The notes below the pieces were generated by a model, which did no database searches, was not told where the DNA came from, and was given only the letters and a program-made list of their open reading frames with translations. A stretch of 64,000 nucleotides of DNA. Source: a virus. The stretch lies in the IMG/VR virus record IMGVR_UViG_3300036819_000087, positions 43,283 to 107,282 of that record; one strand, 5' to 3'. Shown piece by piece: positions 36,683 through 45,493 of this stretch; the stretch's first letter is position 1; every line of letters begins with the position of its first letter. Made by a program: the position numbers and the translations under genes.

Positions 36683-36954
36683 CGGTCACAGGTCCGTAAC
36701 ACACGTCAACCCGGCGGCCACGTTGGGCGACTCTTTAGCGGTACCGCCGTTTGAGACGCAAAACCGCCCCCACCAAGCACGTCTGCTGGTGGGGGCGGTG
36801 CCAGCGGCCCGAAACAACCGAGGAAGGAAGAACCGGCGCGTGGCTATGACCACCATAGTGCGTGACCGTAACCCGGTCACGCAACCCCCGCTCCGGGCGG
36901 GGGAGTAACACCAGCCGCCCACCGGGCGGTGAAGGGGGAGAGGGGGGCCAGCAG

Positions 36955-37326
36955 ATGCTGGGGGGGAACCTGACCGTGGCCGGGGTCCTGGTCGCGGTCG
37001 CTGCGGTGGTGGCGTTCGCGGTCGCCGCGGCCACCACCGTGCTCGTGCTGGCCAGGAACCGGCGGCGGGCCCGCCGCGCCGTCCACGGCATCAGCCGGGC
37101 GGCAGCGGACGGCGTGTGGCGGCCCGGTGACCCGGGTTACGGCGACACGCTCCGCGCAAACACAATTCACCCAGATGAATGGCCGGAAGCGTGGCAAGAT
37201 GATCGCCGCGCAGGAGGGGGAAACGATGGACTGGGGAAACGACCAGATAGGCCTGCCGGGGGTGCCGGGGGATGCCCGCCCGGACCCGGCGGGGAAACCG
37301 GCTGGACGGCACGCGAAACAGCGTGA
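36955..37326 (+). CDS. Membrane-anchored hypothetical protein
   Basis: N-terminal TM. Confidence 0.5.
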   Translation: MLGGNLTVAGVLVAVAAVVAFAVAAATTVLVLARNRRRARRAVHGISRAAADGVWRPGDPGYGDTLRANTIHPDEWPEAWQDDRRAGGGNDGLGKRPDRPAGGAGGCPPGPGGETGWTARETA

Positions 37327-37503
37327 ACCCCGCCGTCGCCCGTTCTGGGGGCGCCGCGGTCAGCACGCACCACAGGCAGATCCCCGGCCGCGCCCGGCGC
37401 TCACCTGACCCGCCGGCCGCGACCGGGGGCCTGCCCCTAGCATCACCCAGCAGATAGCCACCGGGCTGAAGCTGGCACGTCAACCAAAAAGAGGAGCAAC
37501 ACC

Positions 37504-38229
37504 GTGTTCGGAAAATTCCGTAAGAGAATCGCGGTGGCCGCTGCCAGCGCGGCCTTGATCGCTGGCGGGGCTACCGCCGCGCTGGCCCCGGCCGCGTCGG
37601 CGTCGACCGCCAAGCCCGCGTTCACCCCCACGTGCGTCGCCTGTATCCACGTCCAGAACGTGTACGCCTTCCGCGGCGCCCTCGACGCCCTCCACCAGGC
37701 CACTGCGGTCAACTCGCCGATCGGCCTGTGGTACGAGACGCCGACCACCACCGACGCGGGCGCCGACATGCTCCAGGTCACGGTGACCGGCGCGACCGGC
37801 ATCCATGGCGGCAGCGTCAACCAGTCGAACCTCGACTGGTCCAAGTACAACGGCGACTCGGTGGTCCGGTTCAAGTACGACCCGTTCGGCAACGGCGGCG
37901 CCAACACCTACATCGGTCTCCAGGGCCCCAACCCGGCCACGGCGACCAAGCTGGCGCTGCGGAACGACAACCCGAACTCGATCTGGCAGGAGTTCATCCG
38001 GGTCCCTGTCTCCAAGGAGGGCCTGGGATACGCCCTGTCGAAGGACACCACCCCGGACCACTACGTGCTGATCGACGTGGGTCAGACCGTGAACCCGGAC
38101 GACCCGATGGTCGTCACCGACCCCGGTGACGCCTTCACCGGCAGCCTGGTCCAGCAGGACGTGGAGCCGCTGTCCATCGGCCAGTTCAGCAACGTGGCCA
38201 CCAACCAGATCTGGGACACCCAGAACTAG
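37504..38229 (+). CDS. Secreted protein (possible lectin/beta-trefoil-like moron)
   Basis: GAGGAG RBS; signal peptide ending AASA; NQIW-type C-terminus. Confidence 0.8.
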   Translation: MFGKFRKRIAVAAASAALIAGGATAALAPAASASTAKPAFTPTCVACIHVQNVYAFRGALDALHQATAVNSPIGLWYETPTTTDAGADMLQVTVTGATGIHGGSVNQSNLDWSKYNGDSVVRFKYDPFGNGGANTYIGLQGPNPATATKLALRNDNPNSIWQEFIRVPVSKEGLGYALSKDTTPDHYVLIDVGQTVNPDDPMVVTDPGDAFTGSLVQQDVEPLSIGQFSNVATNQIWDTQN

Positions 38230-38348
38230 CCGCCCGGCCGTAGCGCCGTGCATGATCTCCGCCCCCCGGCCCGGGTTCCCTCCCGTCTGGCCGGGGGGCG
38301 GACCCAATTCCTGCCACCACTCACCAACCCAGCAAGGGAGACAGAATC

Positions 38349-39071
38349 ATGATCCGCCGCAGAATCGCCACCCTCACCGCCGCGGCCGCCGCCGCGGGTG
38401 TACTGCTCACCACCCCCGCGCTCGCCGCCACCCCGGCCGGTGCGCAGCCCGCCGGGCAGCCGATCAACGCCTGCGTGAAACCGTCCGGGGTCCTCGACTA
38501 CCTGCAATTCGCGGTGACCAACTTCGGGAACTGCGCGAAGGGCGACAACCACTGGACATGGGCCGAGCAAGGCCCGGCCGGCCCGGCCGGGCCTGCCGGG
38601 CCGCAGGGCCCGTCGGGTGTCGTCTCCACCGGCCAGCACAACATCGTCTCGGGGCCGGTCTCGGAAAACTCAGGTGGCCACTTCACCGACCCGGCCACGG
38701 GCGCCAAGGACGTGGGCCAGGTCAAACTGGCTGCGGGCACGTACTGGATCAGCGTGAACGCCCAAACCGAACCCAACGCGACCGCATCCGGTCAGATCTT
38801 CCCCCAGTTTTTCGTCTACGACGGGCCGCAGACCGGCTCCGACTTCTCGAACGACCTGTTCAACATCGGGGCCGGTGCGCAGGAACCGTTCATCGCCGGG
38901 AACGCGACACAGCACGACAGCTACTACTCCGGGTCCACGCAGATCACGGTCCCGGCCGGTGGCGCGACGCTGCACTTCTACGCCTTCGGGTACGACAGTG
39001 ACTCCGGGGCGAGCACGTACAACCTGATGACCTTGAAGTTCGCCGCCACCCAACTCAACCCGGCCAGCTAA
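38349..39071 (+). CDS. Secreted protein with short collagen-like segment
   Basis: Signal peptide; GPAGPAGPAGPQGPSG. Confidence 0.8.
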   Translation: MIRRRIATLTAAAAAAGVLLTTPALAATPAGAQPAGQPINACVKPSGVLDYLQFAVTNFGNCAKGDNHWTWAEQGPAGPAGPAGPQGPSGVVSTGQHNIVSGPVSENSGGHFTDPATGAKDVGQVKLAAGTYWISVNAQTEPNATASGQIFPQFFVYDGPQTGSDFSNDLFNIGAGAQEPFIAGNATQHDSYYSGSTQITVPAGGATLHFYAFGYDSDSGASTYNLMTLKFAATQLNPAS

Positions 39072-39092
39072 ACCCGGCCCCGGGCAAGCACA

Positions 39093-39131
39093 AGCCCCGG
39101 CCACCCTGAAGGGGTAGGGGTGGCCGGGGCT
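39093..39131 (+). terminator. GCCCCGGCCACCC-arm hairpin
   Basis: 14-bp stem. Confidence 0.6.
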
Positions 39132-39171
39132 GCCGTGCAACGTCTGCTGGACGTATGAAGGAGCATACCGA

Positions 39172-39669
39172 GTGGCCGCCACTCAACCGGCCGGGAAACC
39201 CGGCCATGTTACCGACCCGTTTCAGCCCGCCGCCCGCGGGCGGCGCCTCGGCGGCGGACCGTCCGCACCGCGGATGGTGTCCGACCTGGCCGTCAACCGG
39301 GCCCGGTCCGTCTCCGAACTGCCCGAGGATCAGCGGCTGTGCCGCATCCACGGCCACGACTGGCCCAAGCTGGTGTTCAACCGGCCGGTGCCGTGGAACA
39401 TCGACTACGTCCCCGACCCGTCCGGCTCGTTCCAGCGGGTCGAGATCTGCGCCCGGTGCGAGAAACGCCGCTGGCGGTGGACCAAGAGGGGCGGGGCGAT
39501 GGACCGGGAAGAACACTGGCGGTACAACCCGCCGCCCGGCGGGTGGATGACGTTGCCCGCGGAGCTCGAAGTGACCCGCCTCGACCTGGTCGAGGCCAAC
39601 GACGAGGTGTGCCTGCCGATGGTGCTGGCGGCGATGGCTGGCCGGGGACGGGAACTGGCCGATGCGTGA
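39172..39669 (+). CDS. Hypothetical Zn-binding protein
   Basis: CRIHGHDW..CARC. Confidence 0.65.
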   Translation: MAATQPAGKPGHVTDPFQPAARGRRLGGGPSAPRMVSDLAVNRARSVSELPEDQRLCRIHGHDWPKLVFNRPVPWNIDYVPDPSGSFQRVEICARCEKRRWRWTKRGGAMDREEHWRYNPPPGGWMTLPAELEVTRLDLVEANDEVCLPMVLAAMAGRGRELADA

Positions 39670-40192
39670 AACGATTGTGGTGCTCTGGTGTGACCAGCAC
39701 CACGCCGACGACGGCAGCAAGGTCACGGCCACCGTGCGGGTCGTCCCCAGCCTCGACGGCCAGGCCGTCAACCTCGACCTGTGCCAGGAGTGCGCGGACA
39801 AGGTCCGCGCCGTGCACCAGGCGTGGATGAAGATCGGCGAACCGGGCCGGGGACGGAAGCGACCCGCCGGGCGGCCCCCCGCCTCATCGGACCGGGCTGA
39901 GTTCCTGGCCCGGCTCCGCGACTGGTGCGACACCCGCAGCATGCAGAACCCGGCCGGGACCGGCCCCTCGTACGAGACAGCCAGCGGAAAACGCAACTAC
40001 GACCAGGCCGAACCCCCAGTTCACTTCCTGGGAGGCCAAGCACGGCACATGGGACCGGGACCGGTGGCTCACCGGGCAACGCGACGCGGCCGCGTCGGCC
40101 GCGGCCGTCAACGGGACCGCACCCGCCCGGGTGTGAAACCCGCAACACCCGCCCCCGAATTACACGATTGTCGTTCCGACCCGAAAGGATAG
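39662..40192 (+). CDS. Lsr2-like protein (probable +1 frameshift near 40015; corrected stop 40136)
   Basis: SLDGQAVNLDLCQECADKV dimerisation-like region; ARLRDWC. Confidence 0.65.
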   Translation: MRETIVVLWCDQHHADDGSKVTATVRVVPSLDGQAVNLDLCQECADKVRAVHQAWMKIGEPGRGRKRPAGRPPASSDRAEFLARLRDWCDTRSMQNPAGTGPSYETASGKRNYDQAEPPVHFLGGQARHMGPGPVAHRATRRGRVGRGRQRDRTRPGVKPATPAPELHDCRSDPKG

Positions 40193-40228
40193 GGGAGACA
40201 AATCACCAGCGTGCCAGGAGGTACCCGC

Positions 40229-40621
40229 ATGACGTGTGAGCATTGCGCCGCGACAATCTTGCATGCGGTCGAGCGGCTCTCCGTCGACATCGACGAGCGG
40301 GTACTCCCGTTGCTGCGCACCCTCAACCGGAAGGTGGACCGCATGTCCGAACAGCAGGCAGAACTCGACCAGGACGTTCAGGCTCTCGGCGGCATGGTGT
40401 CCGACGTGGCCACCCAGACCAGCCAGCTCGGCACCGACCTGTCGGCGATCGAGCAGTGGATCGCCGACCAGCCCACCGACACCCCCGTCGACCTGTCCGG
40501 CCTGACCAGCCTGGTCCAGACCGCGCAGCAGACCCAGCAGGGCCTGGACAGCCAGGTCCAGGCGGTCACCGACGCCGTGCCCTCGGCGCCGGCCCCGGAC
40601 CAGCCGCCGTCGGGCAACTAG
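40229..40621 (+). CDS. Hypothetical coiled-coil protein
   Basis: AGGAGG RBS. Confidence 0.7.
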   Translation: MTCEHCAATILHAVERLSVDIDERVLPLLRTLNRKVDRMSEQQAELDQDVQALGGMVSDVATQTSQLGTDLSAIEQWIADQPTDTPVDLSGLTSLVQTAQQTQQGLDSQVQAVTDAVPSAPAPDQPPSGN

Positions 40622-40636
40622 CCCCGTACAGCACGA

Positions 40637-40674
40637 CCGGCCCCGGCCACCCGACGAGGGGTGGCCGGGGCCGG
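40637..40674. terminator. GCCCCGGCCACCC-arm hairpin
   Basis: 16-bp stem. Confidence 0.6.
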
Positions 40675-40714
40675 CTACTTCCCCAGCACGTCAACTCACC
40701 GAGGAGCCTACCCC

Positions 40715-40915
40715 GTGCCCGCCTGTTTCACCTGCCCATGCTGCGGAGCGGTCAGCCACCACCCCGTCGATGTCGCCCAGGGCTACTGCGGCTGGTGCCA
40801 CGCCTGGACCGGCGATCCGGAACTCGGGCCGTTGCATCTCGCCGGCCCGTGCCCGCACCGCACCACCTGGCCCGGGGTTCACGCCGCGAACCGTTTCCTG
40901 AACACCAGCCGGTAG
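40715..40915 (+). CDS. Small Cys-rich protein
   Basis: ACCGAGGAG RBS; FTCPCC..YCGWCH. Confidence 0.6.
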   Translation: MPACFTCPCCGAVSHHPVDVAQGYCGWCHAWTGDPELGPLHLAGPCPHRTTWPGVHAANRFLNTSR

Positions 40916-41067
40916 AGCGGGCCGACCCGGCGCCACCCGGCGTAGACCGGGTTGCCTGGATACACAGAGCGCCACAGCCGCCCGCAGCCACATCTGATGA
41001 TGATGCCGGCCCGGTCGGGCCGGTAAAGGGCGTCGCGGCAGCTATGCGGACGGTAAATCTCGGTCAC
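40879..41067 (-). CDS. Small hypothetical protein
   Basis: Coupled; RCGCGRLW. Confidence 0.5.
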   Translation of the reverse strand: MTEIYRPHSCRDALYRPDRAGIIIRCGCGRLWRSVYPGNPVYAGWRRVGPLYRLVFRKRFAA

Positions 41068-41591
41068 CGCTGACCGGCGTCGAGGTAGTCCCACGGGCAG
41101 TCCGTGTCGGCCGAGACGCACACGCCGGCGTGGTTCCGCCACACCGGCACGTGCCCATCCCGGGCGGTGACATGACCGCCGTAGCAGGTCCACAACCGGC
41201 CGTCGCTGGTCATTTCCCCGGCCTGGCCGCACTGCCAGCGGCCGTCGCCGAGGTCCCGTGCGTCCGGATGCTCGGCGGCGGCGAGGGTTTTCGGGCAGCG
41301 GTGCTGGTCACCCGGGCACGGTGCCTGCGCGTTGACCTCGACCGCCGGGACCCGGCACCGGCGGCACATCGGCGGCCCCGCCCGTTTCAGCAGGACCGAC
41401 GGGGTCAAGTCCGGCATCGGAGTGAACAGGTGGCCCTGTCCCTGGGTGAGGAGCCCATCCAGGTAGGAGATCCGGGTCGCCTGCGTTTCGGCGACCAGCC
41501 GGGCGCGGCCCTCAGCGACCAGCGCCGTGTTCAGCCGCTTCTCCGCGTCGAGCCGGGCCCGCTGCAACTGGTCCCGCTGGACGGCGGTCAC
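41064..41591 (-). CDS. Cys-rich hypothetical protein
   Basis: Coupled. Confidence 0.6.
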   Translation of the reverse strand: MTAVQRDQLQRARLDAEKRLNTALVAEGRARLVAETQATRISYLDGLLTQGQGHLFTPMPDLTPSVLLKRAGPPMCRRCRVPAVEVNAQAPCPGDQHRCPKTLAAAEHPDARDLGDGRWQCGQAGEMTSDGRLWTCYGGHVTARDGHVPVWRNHAGVCVSADTDCPWDYLDAGQR

Positions 41592-41869
41592 AGTATGTCT
41601 CCCGGATCCACGGTGTCGACAGCCACGCCGCCGCGGCGGATCTGGGCGCGCCGTTCCGGGGGATCCGGTTCCCTGACGCGGGCGGCCGCCTGGCCGGTGG
41701 ATTCCCGGAAGTTCGCCCACGAATGGTAGGCGGCGGCGGTACTGGTCACGGTCCAGCCGCGGGCCAGCACCGTGGCGCGGATCTGGTCGAGGGTTGTTTC
41801 GCTGGCGGCGGGGCCGATCACGTGGGCGTGCCCGTCGGGGTCGACCGCGACAACCGCGCGGCGGGTCAC
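41588..41869 (-). CDS. Hypothetical protein
   Basis: Coupled. Confidence 0.55.
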   Translation of the reverse strand: MTRRAVVAVDPDGHAHVIGPAASETTLDQIRATVLARGWTVTSTAAAYHSWANFRESTGQAAARVREPDPPERRAQIRRGGVAVDTVDPGDIL

Positions 41870-42048
41870 CGCAGCACCCCGGCCAGGGCGAGGACCAGAG
41901 CGATCAAGCAGGCGAACCCGGCGGCGGTGATCGCGAGCGTGTGGGGGCTGTCGTCGAGCCATTCGAGGAGCCCGCGGGCGAGGTCCCTGATCATTGGCGG
42001 CCGTCCTCTCGGTCGTCGTACCACGGGCCGATCGCCTCGCGGAGGTCA

Positions 42049-42582
42049 TCAATGGCCCGTTCCAGGGCCGGGGTGCAGTCGCGGCCCGTTCAGCGTCATG
42101 CCGATCAGGGCCAGCCGCTGATACACAGCCGCAGCCACGGCGTCACCTATCAGCATGTCAACCTCACGCTGGCCGGGTTCGAGGTGGTCCCACGGGACCA
42201 GCCAGGACCGTTTCGGCTCCGGGTGGGTCAGCGCCCACTGGACCCAGGTGTCGCGGACGATACGGCCAAGCTCCTCCCGCTGAAGGGGACCCGCCGGGGC
42301 CGGGCGGGCACATCCGATGTCGTGGTAGGCGCCGGTCATCTCGGCGACCACCTGGCTGCGGGTCGGTTCCCCGTCGGCCTTGACCGTGATCTCGGCCAGA
42401 AGCCGACCAAGGTCCTCCGGGGTGGCCGGTTGACCGTTGAGCGGCACCTCGACCGTGAGCGCCCCGTTGTAGGGGGTGGCCCACATGGTGAAAGTGGTGG
42501 TTGCCCCGATGGGGTACCAGCAGTGGCGTTCCAGCCACGCCTCGATTTCGTGGATTGTTGGCATTCGGGTGGGGTCCGGCAT
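42049..42582 (-). CDS. Hypothetical protein
   Basis: RBS motif; LGRIVRDTWV.WA..PK.SWLVPW. Confidence 0.7.
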   Translation of the reverse strand: MPDPTRMPTIHEIEAWLERHCWYPIGATTTFTMWATPYNGALTVEVPLNGQPATPEDLGRLLAEITVKADGEPTRSQVVAEMTGAYHDIGCARPAPAGPLQREELGRIVRDTWVQWALTHPEPKRSWLVPWDHLEPGQREVDMLIGDAVAAAVYQRLALIGMTLNGPRLHPGPGTGH

Positions 42583-42586
42583 TTGT

Positions 42587-43039
42587 CTCCTCGGTTGTTT
42601 CGGGTGATGCGGGTTATTCGTTCCCGGCGGGGCTGGTGCCGTCCCCCTGACCCTCGGCCACCCACTCGGCGTAGCCGTACCCAGGCGGGGGGATCTTGCC
42701 ACCCCACGCCTCGGTGTCAGATTCGAGGCGGGCCAGTTCCTCGCGGGCGGCGCCCACGTACGCGGTCCAGCCCGGCAGATCCTGGTCGGGGTTCGGGACT
42801 TCCCCGATGATGATTCCGCCCTGGATGCCGGTAAAGGCCATGAAGTCAACGTCGATAGCCTCGTCGATCGCTGCTTTCACCGCAGCCGCGTCGCCGCGGG
42901 TGTGTGCCTCGAAGGATTGGGTCATCAGTTCCAGGACGCGGACGGTGCGGCGACGCTGTTCTAGCTCGGACACGGTTAGGTGCTCCTCGGTTGTTTCGGT
43001 GGTGCGGGGTTAGTCGTTCCCGGCGGGGCCGGTGCCGTA
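42587..43039. repeat. ~57-bp imperfect direct repeats flanking gene 42614-42973
   Basis: 42587-42643 vs 42983-43039. Confidence 0.85.
42614..42973 (-). CDS. Hypothetical protein
   Basis: RBS motif. Confidence 0.75.
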   Translation of the reverse strand: MSELEQRRRTVRVLELMTQSFEAHTRGDAAAVKAAIDEAIDVDFMAFTGIQGGIIIGEVPNPDQDLPGWTAYVGAAREELARLESDTEAWGGKIPPPGYGYAEWVAEGQGDGTSPAGNE

Positions 43040-43684
43040 CCGGCCCGCGAGGATGTAGGCGGCGTGGCCGTCGAACTGGCCCCGGTTGGGGTCGGCTGGC
43101 TCAGCCCAGCCGGTGAACGGCGAGTAGTAGACGATGGTCACACCGAGCATGGTGGCCGGGTTGCGTTCGCGGTACATCGCGAACGTAGTGCCGGGGGTGT
43201 TCGGGGCGAATCCTTCCTGGGTGTTGCAGCTAGGGCACAACCATCCGCGGATCAGGCCGGTCAGGTGGTCGTGGTCAAGGAACTGCGACCGGCCCCCGCA
43301 GATGGCGCACCGGCCGGCTTGCCACTCGACGAGCATCCCCCACCCGTCGTCATCCGCCGTCCGTGTGCGGTGCGAGTCCTCGACCGGCCAGTCCCAGCAC
43401 GCGGGCGGCCGTTGCCGCTCGGCCAGGGCGGCCCGCTTGGCCGGCTCATCCAGCGCGGCGGCCTGCCGGGTCAGCACGTCCAGCAATGCGTGCTCAGAGT
43501 CGGTCAGGTGTTTCCGGCATGATGGCGGTGTCTCGACCGGGGGCACCGGCAGGCCGAGCATTTCGGGGACGCGCCAGTAATCACCCGGCCGGGCGACACG
43601 ATCGTTCCGGCACGGTGTGCCCCTTTTCGCCGGGCGCCCGCATTTAGTCACAGGCCGGCCGATGTCATCGGGTTCTTCTTCCAC
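43010..43684 (-). CDS. Endonuclease VII-like protein
   Basis: WQAGRCAICG..DHDHLTGLIRGWLCPSCN. Confidence 0.88.
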   Translation of the reverse strand: MEEEPDDIGRPVTKCGRPAKRGTPCRNDRVARPGDYWRVPEMLGLPVPPVETPPSCRKHLTDSEHALLDVLTRQAAALDEPAKRAALAERQRPPACWDWPVEDSHRTRTADDDGWGMLVEWQAGRCAICGGRSQFLDHDHLTGLIRGWLCPSCNTQEGFAPNTPGTTFAMYRERNPATMLGVTIVYYSPFTGWAEPADPNRGQFDGHAAYILAGRYGTGPAGND

Positions 43685-44688
43685 CTGTCCACGTCGCGGA
43701 CGTACTTCATCAGGATGGGGGAGCCGTCGCGCCAGCCGCCGTGGCGGCCGATCGAGAGCAGGTCGGCTCCTCCCAGGTAGGCGCCGGTCGCGCCGCCCGC
43801 CCGGAGACTGTGTGCCCTGATGGCGTCACCGGAGATCCCCGCGGTCAGCGCGGCCCGGTGCATGATGCTTCCGATCGCTTTTCCGGTCAGGCGGCCGTCG
43901 GCCGCTGCGCGGCCGGCGAGGTCGACACCGGGTTCGCCGTAGATGTGCCCATGGCGGTCCACGTACCGCAATAGCGGACCCGAGGTGATGCCGCGGGCGG
44001 CCAGGACCGCGAGCCACGCGCGGGTGAGACGGACCGGGCAGGTGAGCGGGTCGGAACCGTAGGGGACGGCAACCTTCCGCCCGGCCGCCATCTGGTCCCG
44101 CTTAGCCTTCCGGATGGTCACGTCCATCCCTTGCTCGACCTCGGCGAGATCACCGATGGACAAGCGGACCAGTTCGCTGCGCCGCGCCATCATCGCCCAG
44201 CCGAGCACCAGCACGAGCCGGTCCCGCAGGAACAGGACAGAGTCACCGTCCAGGGCCTCGGTGATGGCTTTGAGCTGGCGGACGGTCAGGGCGGCGGCCG
44301 GCCGCTCGTTCGGCTGCCCCCGGTCGGCTCGCTCGTTGCGGTATGTCTTCACGACGGACCGGGCGGGGAGTGTGTCGGGTGGCTGGTGGCCCCCGAGTTT
44401 GTGAATGACCCGGACCGAGGAGACGGCCCGCATGATCGTCGCCGGTGCCTTGTTCTCGTCGGCCAGGTGGGAGGCGTACTCGGCGAGGGTCTCCGCCGTG
44501 CACGGCAGCGCGGCCCGGCCAGCTCCCGCGCACCATTCGGCGAAGATCTTCCAGTCGCTGGCGTACGCCTGCCGGGTTGATTCGGGGACACTCGCAGCGA
44601 TCCGGTCGAGGACCCGGGCGGACACTGTCGTATCGGGGCCGGCTCCAGGCGCACGGTAGGCAACCACATCGGCTGTGTTCACACACAC
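43648..44688 (-). CDS. Cre-like tyrosine recombinase
   Basis: STRQAYASDW..RDRLVLVLGW..RRSEL..K.KRDQ..HSLRAG..HGGW..MKY. Confidence 0.93.
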   Translation of the reverse strand: MCVNTADVVAYRAPGAGPDTTVSARVLDRIAASVPESTRQAYASDWKIFAEWCAGAGRAALPCTAETLAEYASHLADENKAPATIMRAVSSVRVIHKLGGHQPPDTLPARSVVKTYRNERADRGQPNERPAAALTVRQLKAITEALDGDSVLFLRDRLVLVLGWAMMARRSELVRLSIGDLAEVEQGMDVTIRKAKRDQMAAGRKVAVPYGSDPLTCPVRLTRAWLAVLAARGITSGPLLRYVDRHGHIYGEPGVDLAGRAAADGRLTGKAIGSIMHRAALTAGISGDAIRAHSLRAGGATGAYLGGADLLSIGRHGGWRDGSPILMKYVRDVDRWKKNPMTSAGL

Positions 44689-44739
44689 TCCCGTCTGGGA
44701 TACCAGATCCCCCGCTTATAAGACTCCAGAATACCGTGG

Positions 44740-44854
44740 GTTGCGGCCCTGTCGCGGGACGGTTGACGGCGTGTTGCGTAACCTGCCCGGCCTGCTTGTT
44801 GCGGTCCTGTTGGCGGTGGGTTGCGGGTTGCCGCCACCTTGCCGGGCCGTTGCC
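44740..44854. repeat. Ten GTTGC-like repeats in three 11-bp phased blocks
   Basis: 44740/51/62/73; 44798/809/820; 44827/38/49. Confidence 0.7.
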
Positions 44855-44860
44855 TGGTAC

Positions 44861-44895
44861 TGGATTCCCGGCGCGGACGGGGTTACCGTGCAAGC
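44861..44895 (+). promoter_or_regulatory. Leaderless promoter of the peptide gene
   Basis: TGGATT-N17-TACCGT, ATG 6 nt downstream. Confidence 0.6.
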
Positions 44896-45117
44896 ATGGA
44901 CAAGAACCCGCGCATAGGAAAGCGCATCGCAGCCACCATCCTCGCCGCCGTGATGGGAGGCGGGGCCCTGGCCATCGCGGGCCCGGCCTACCTCTACCAC
45001 GGGAAGGCCCCCCAGCACAGTTCGGCCTACCTCTACCACGGGAAGGCCCCCGCCACGGACTGGGGAGTCGCTGTCGCCGACGGTGCCGCTAGCCCGGACT
45101 ACCTCTACCACGGCTGA
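44896..45117 (+). CDS. Secreted peptide precursor (73 aa) with three YLYHG cores
   Basis: Sec signal MDKNPRIGKR-IAATILAAVMGGGALAIAGPA; AYLYHGKAP x2; C-terminal DYLYHG. Confidence 0.85.
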   Translation: MDKNPRIGKRIAATILAAVMGGGALAIAGPAYLYHGKAPQHSSAYLYHGKAPATDWGVAVADGAASPDYLYHG

Positions 45118-45256
45118 CCGCCCATCCCCCTCTGATCCCCGGCCCGGCACCTCACACACTCACCCGCGCCGCGTCCCACCGACCGGTCCCGGCCTGTTAT
45201 CCCAAGGCCAATGGTGGAGGTGACCGGGCCGGTCTATGCCTACTAGGCTTGGCCGT

Positions 45257-45493
45257 GTGAGCATGACAGCCCGTGACCTGGCCCTGGTGGCCCGGACACG
45301 GGCCGATCTGGTCTCGGGCCGGGCCGCGGCGGCGCGGAAAGCGGCCGATGTGGGGCTCGGGGAGATCGCCGGGGCGCTCGGTGTGTCTCATCAGGCGGTG
45401 TCGATGTGGGAGCGGGGTCTTCGGCGGCCGCGGGCTGGGCACGCCCTGGCCTATGGGCGGGTCCTCGCGCAGCTCACCCGCGCCGCCGCCTAA
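45257..45493 (+). CDS. XRE HTH regulator, leaderless
   Basis: GLGEIAGALGVSHQAVSMWERG.RRP; TAGGCT 7 nt upstream of GTG. Confidence 0.85.
   Translation: MSMTARDLALVARTRADLVSGRAAAARKAADVGLGEIAGALGVSHQAVSMWERGLRRPRAGHALAYGRVLAQLTRAAA

Noticed and set aside
44984-45113. CRISPR-like mini-array
   Set aside because: Repeats are in-frame coding duplications with a 10-nt spacer; no cas genes
44896-45117. YLYH as a cittilin/biarylitide-type RiPP core
   Set aside because: No P450 or radical SAM enzyme nearby, and a Sec signal replaces a RiPP leader; not excluded if the enzyme acts in trans
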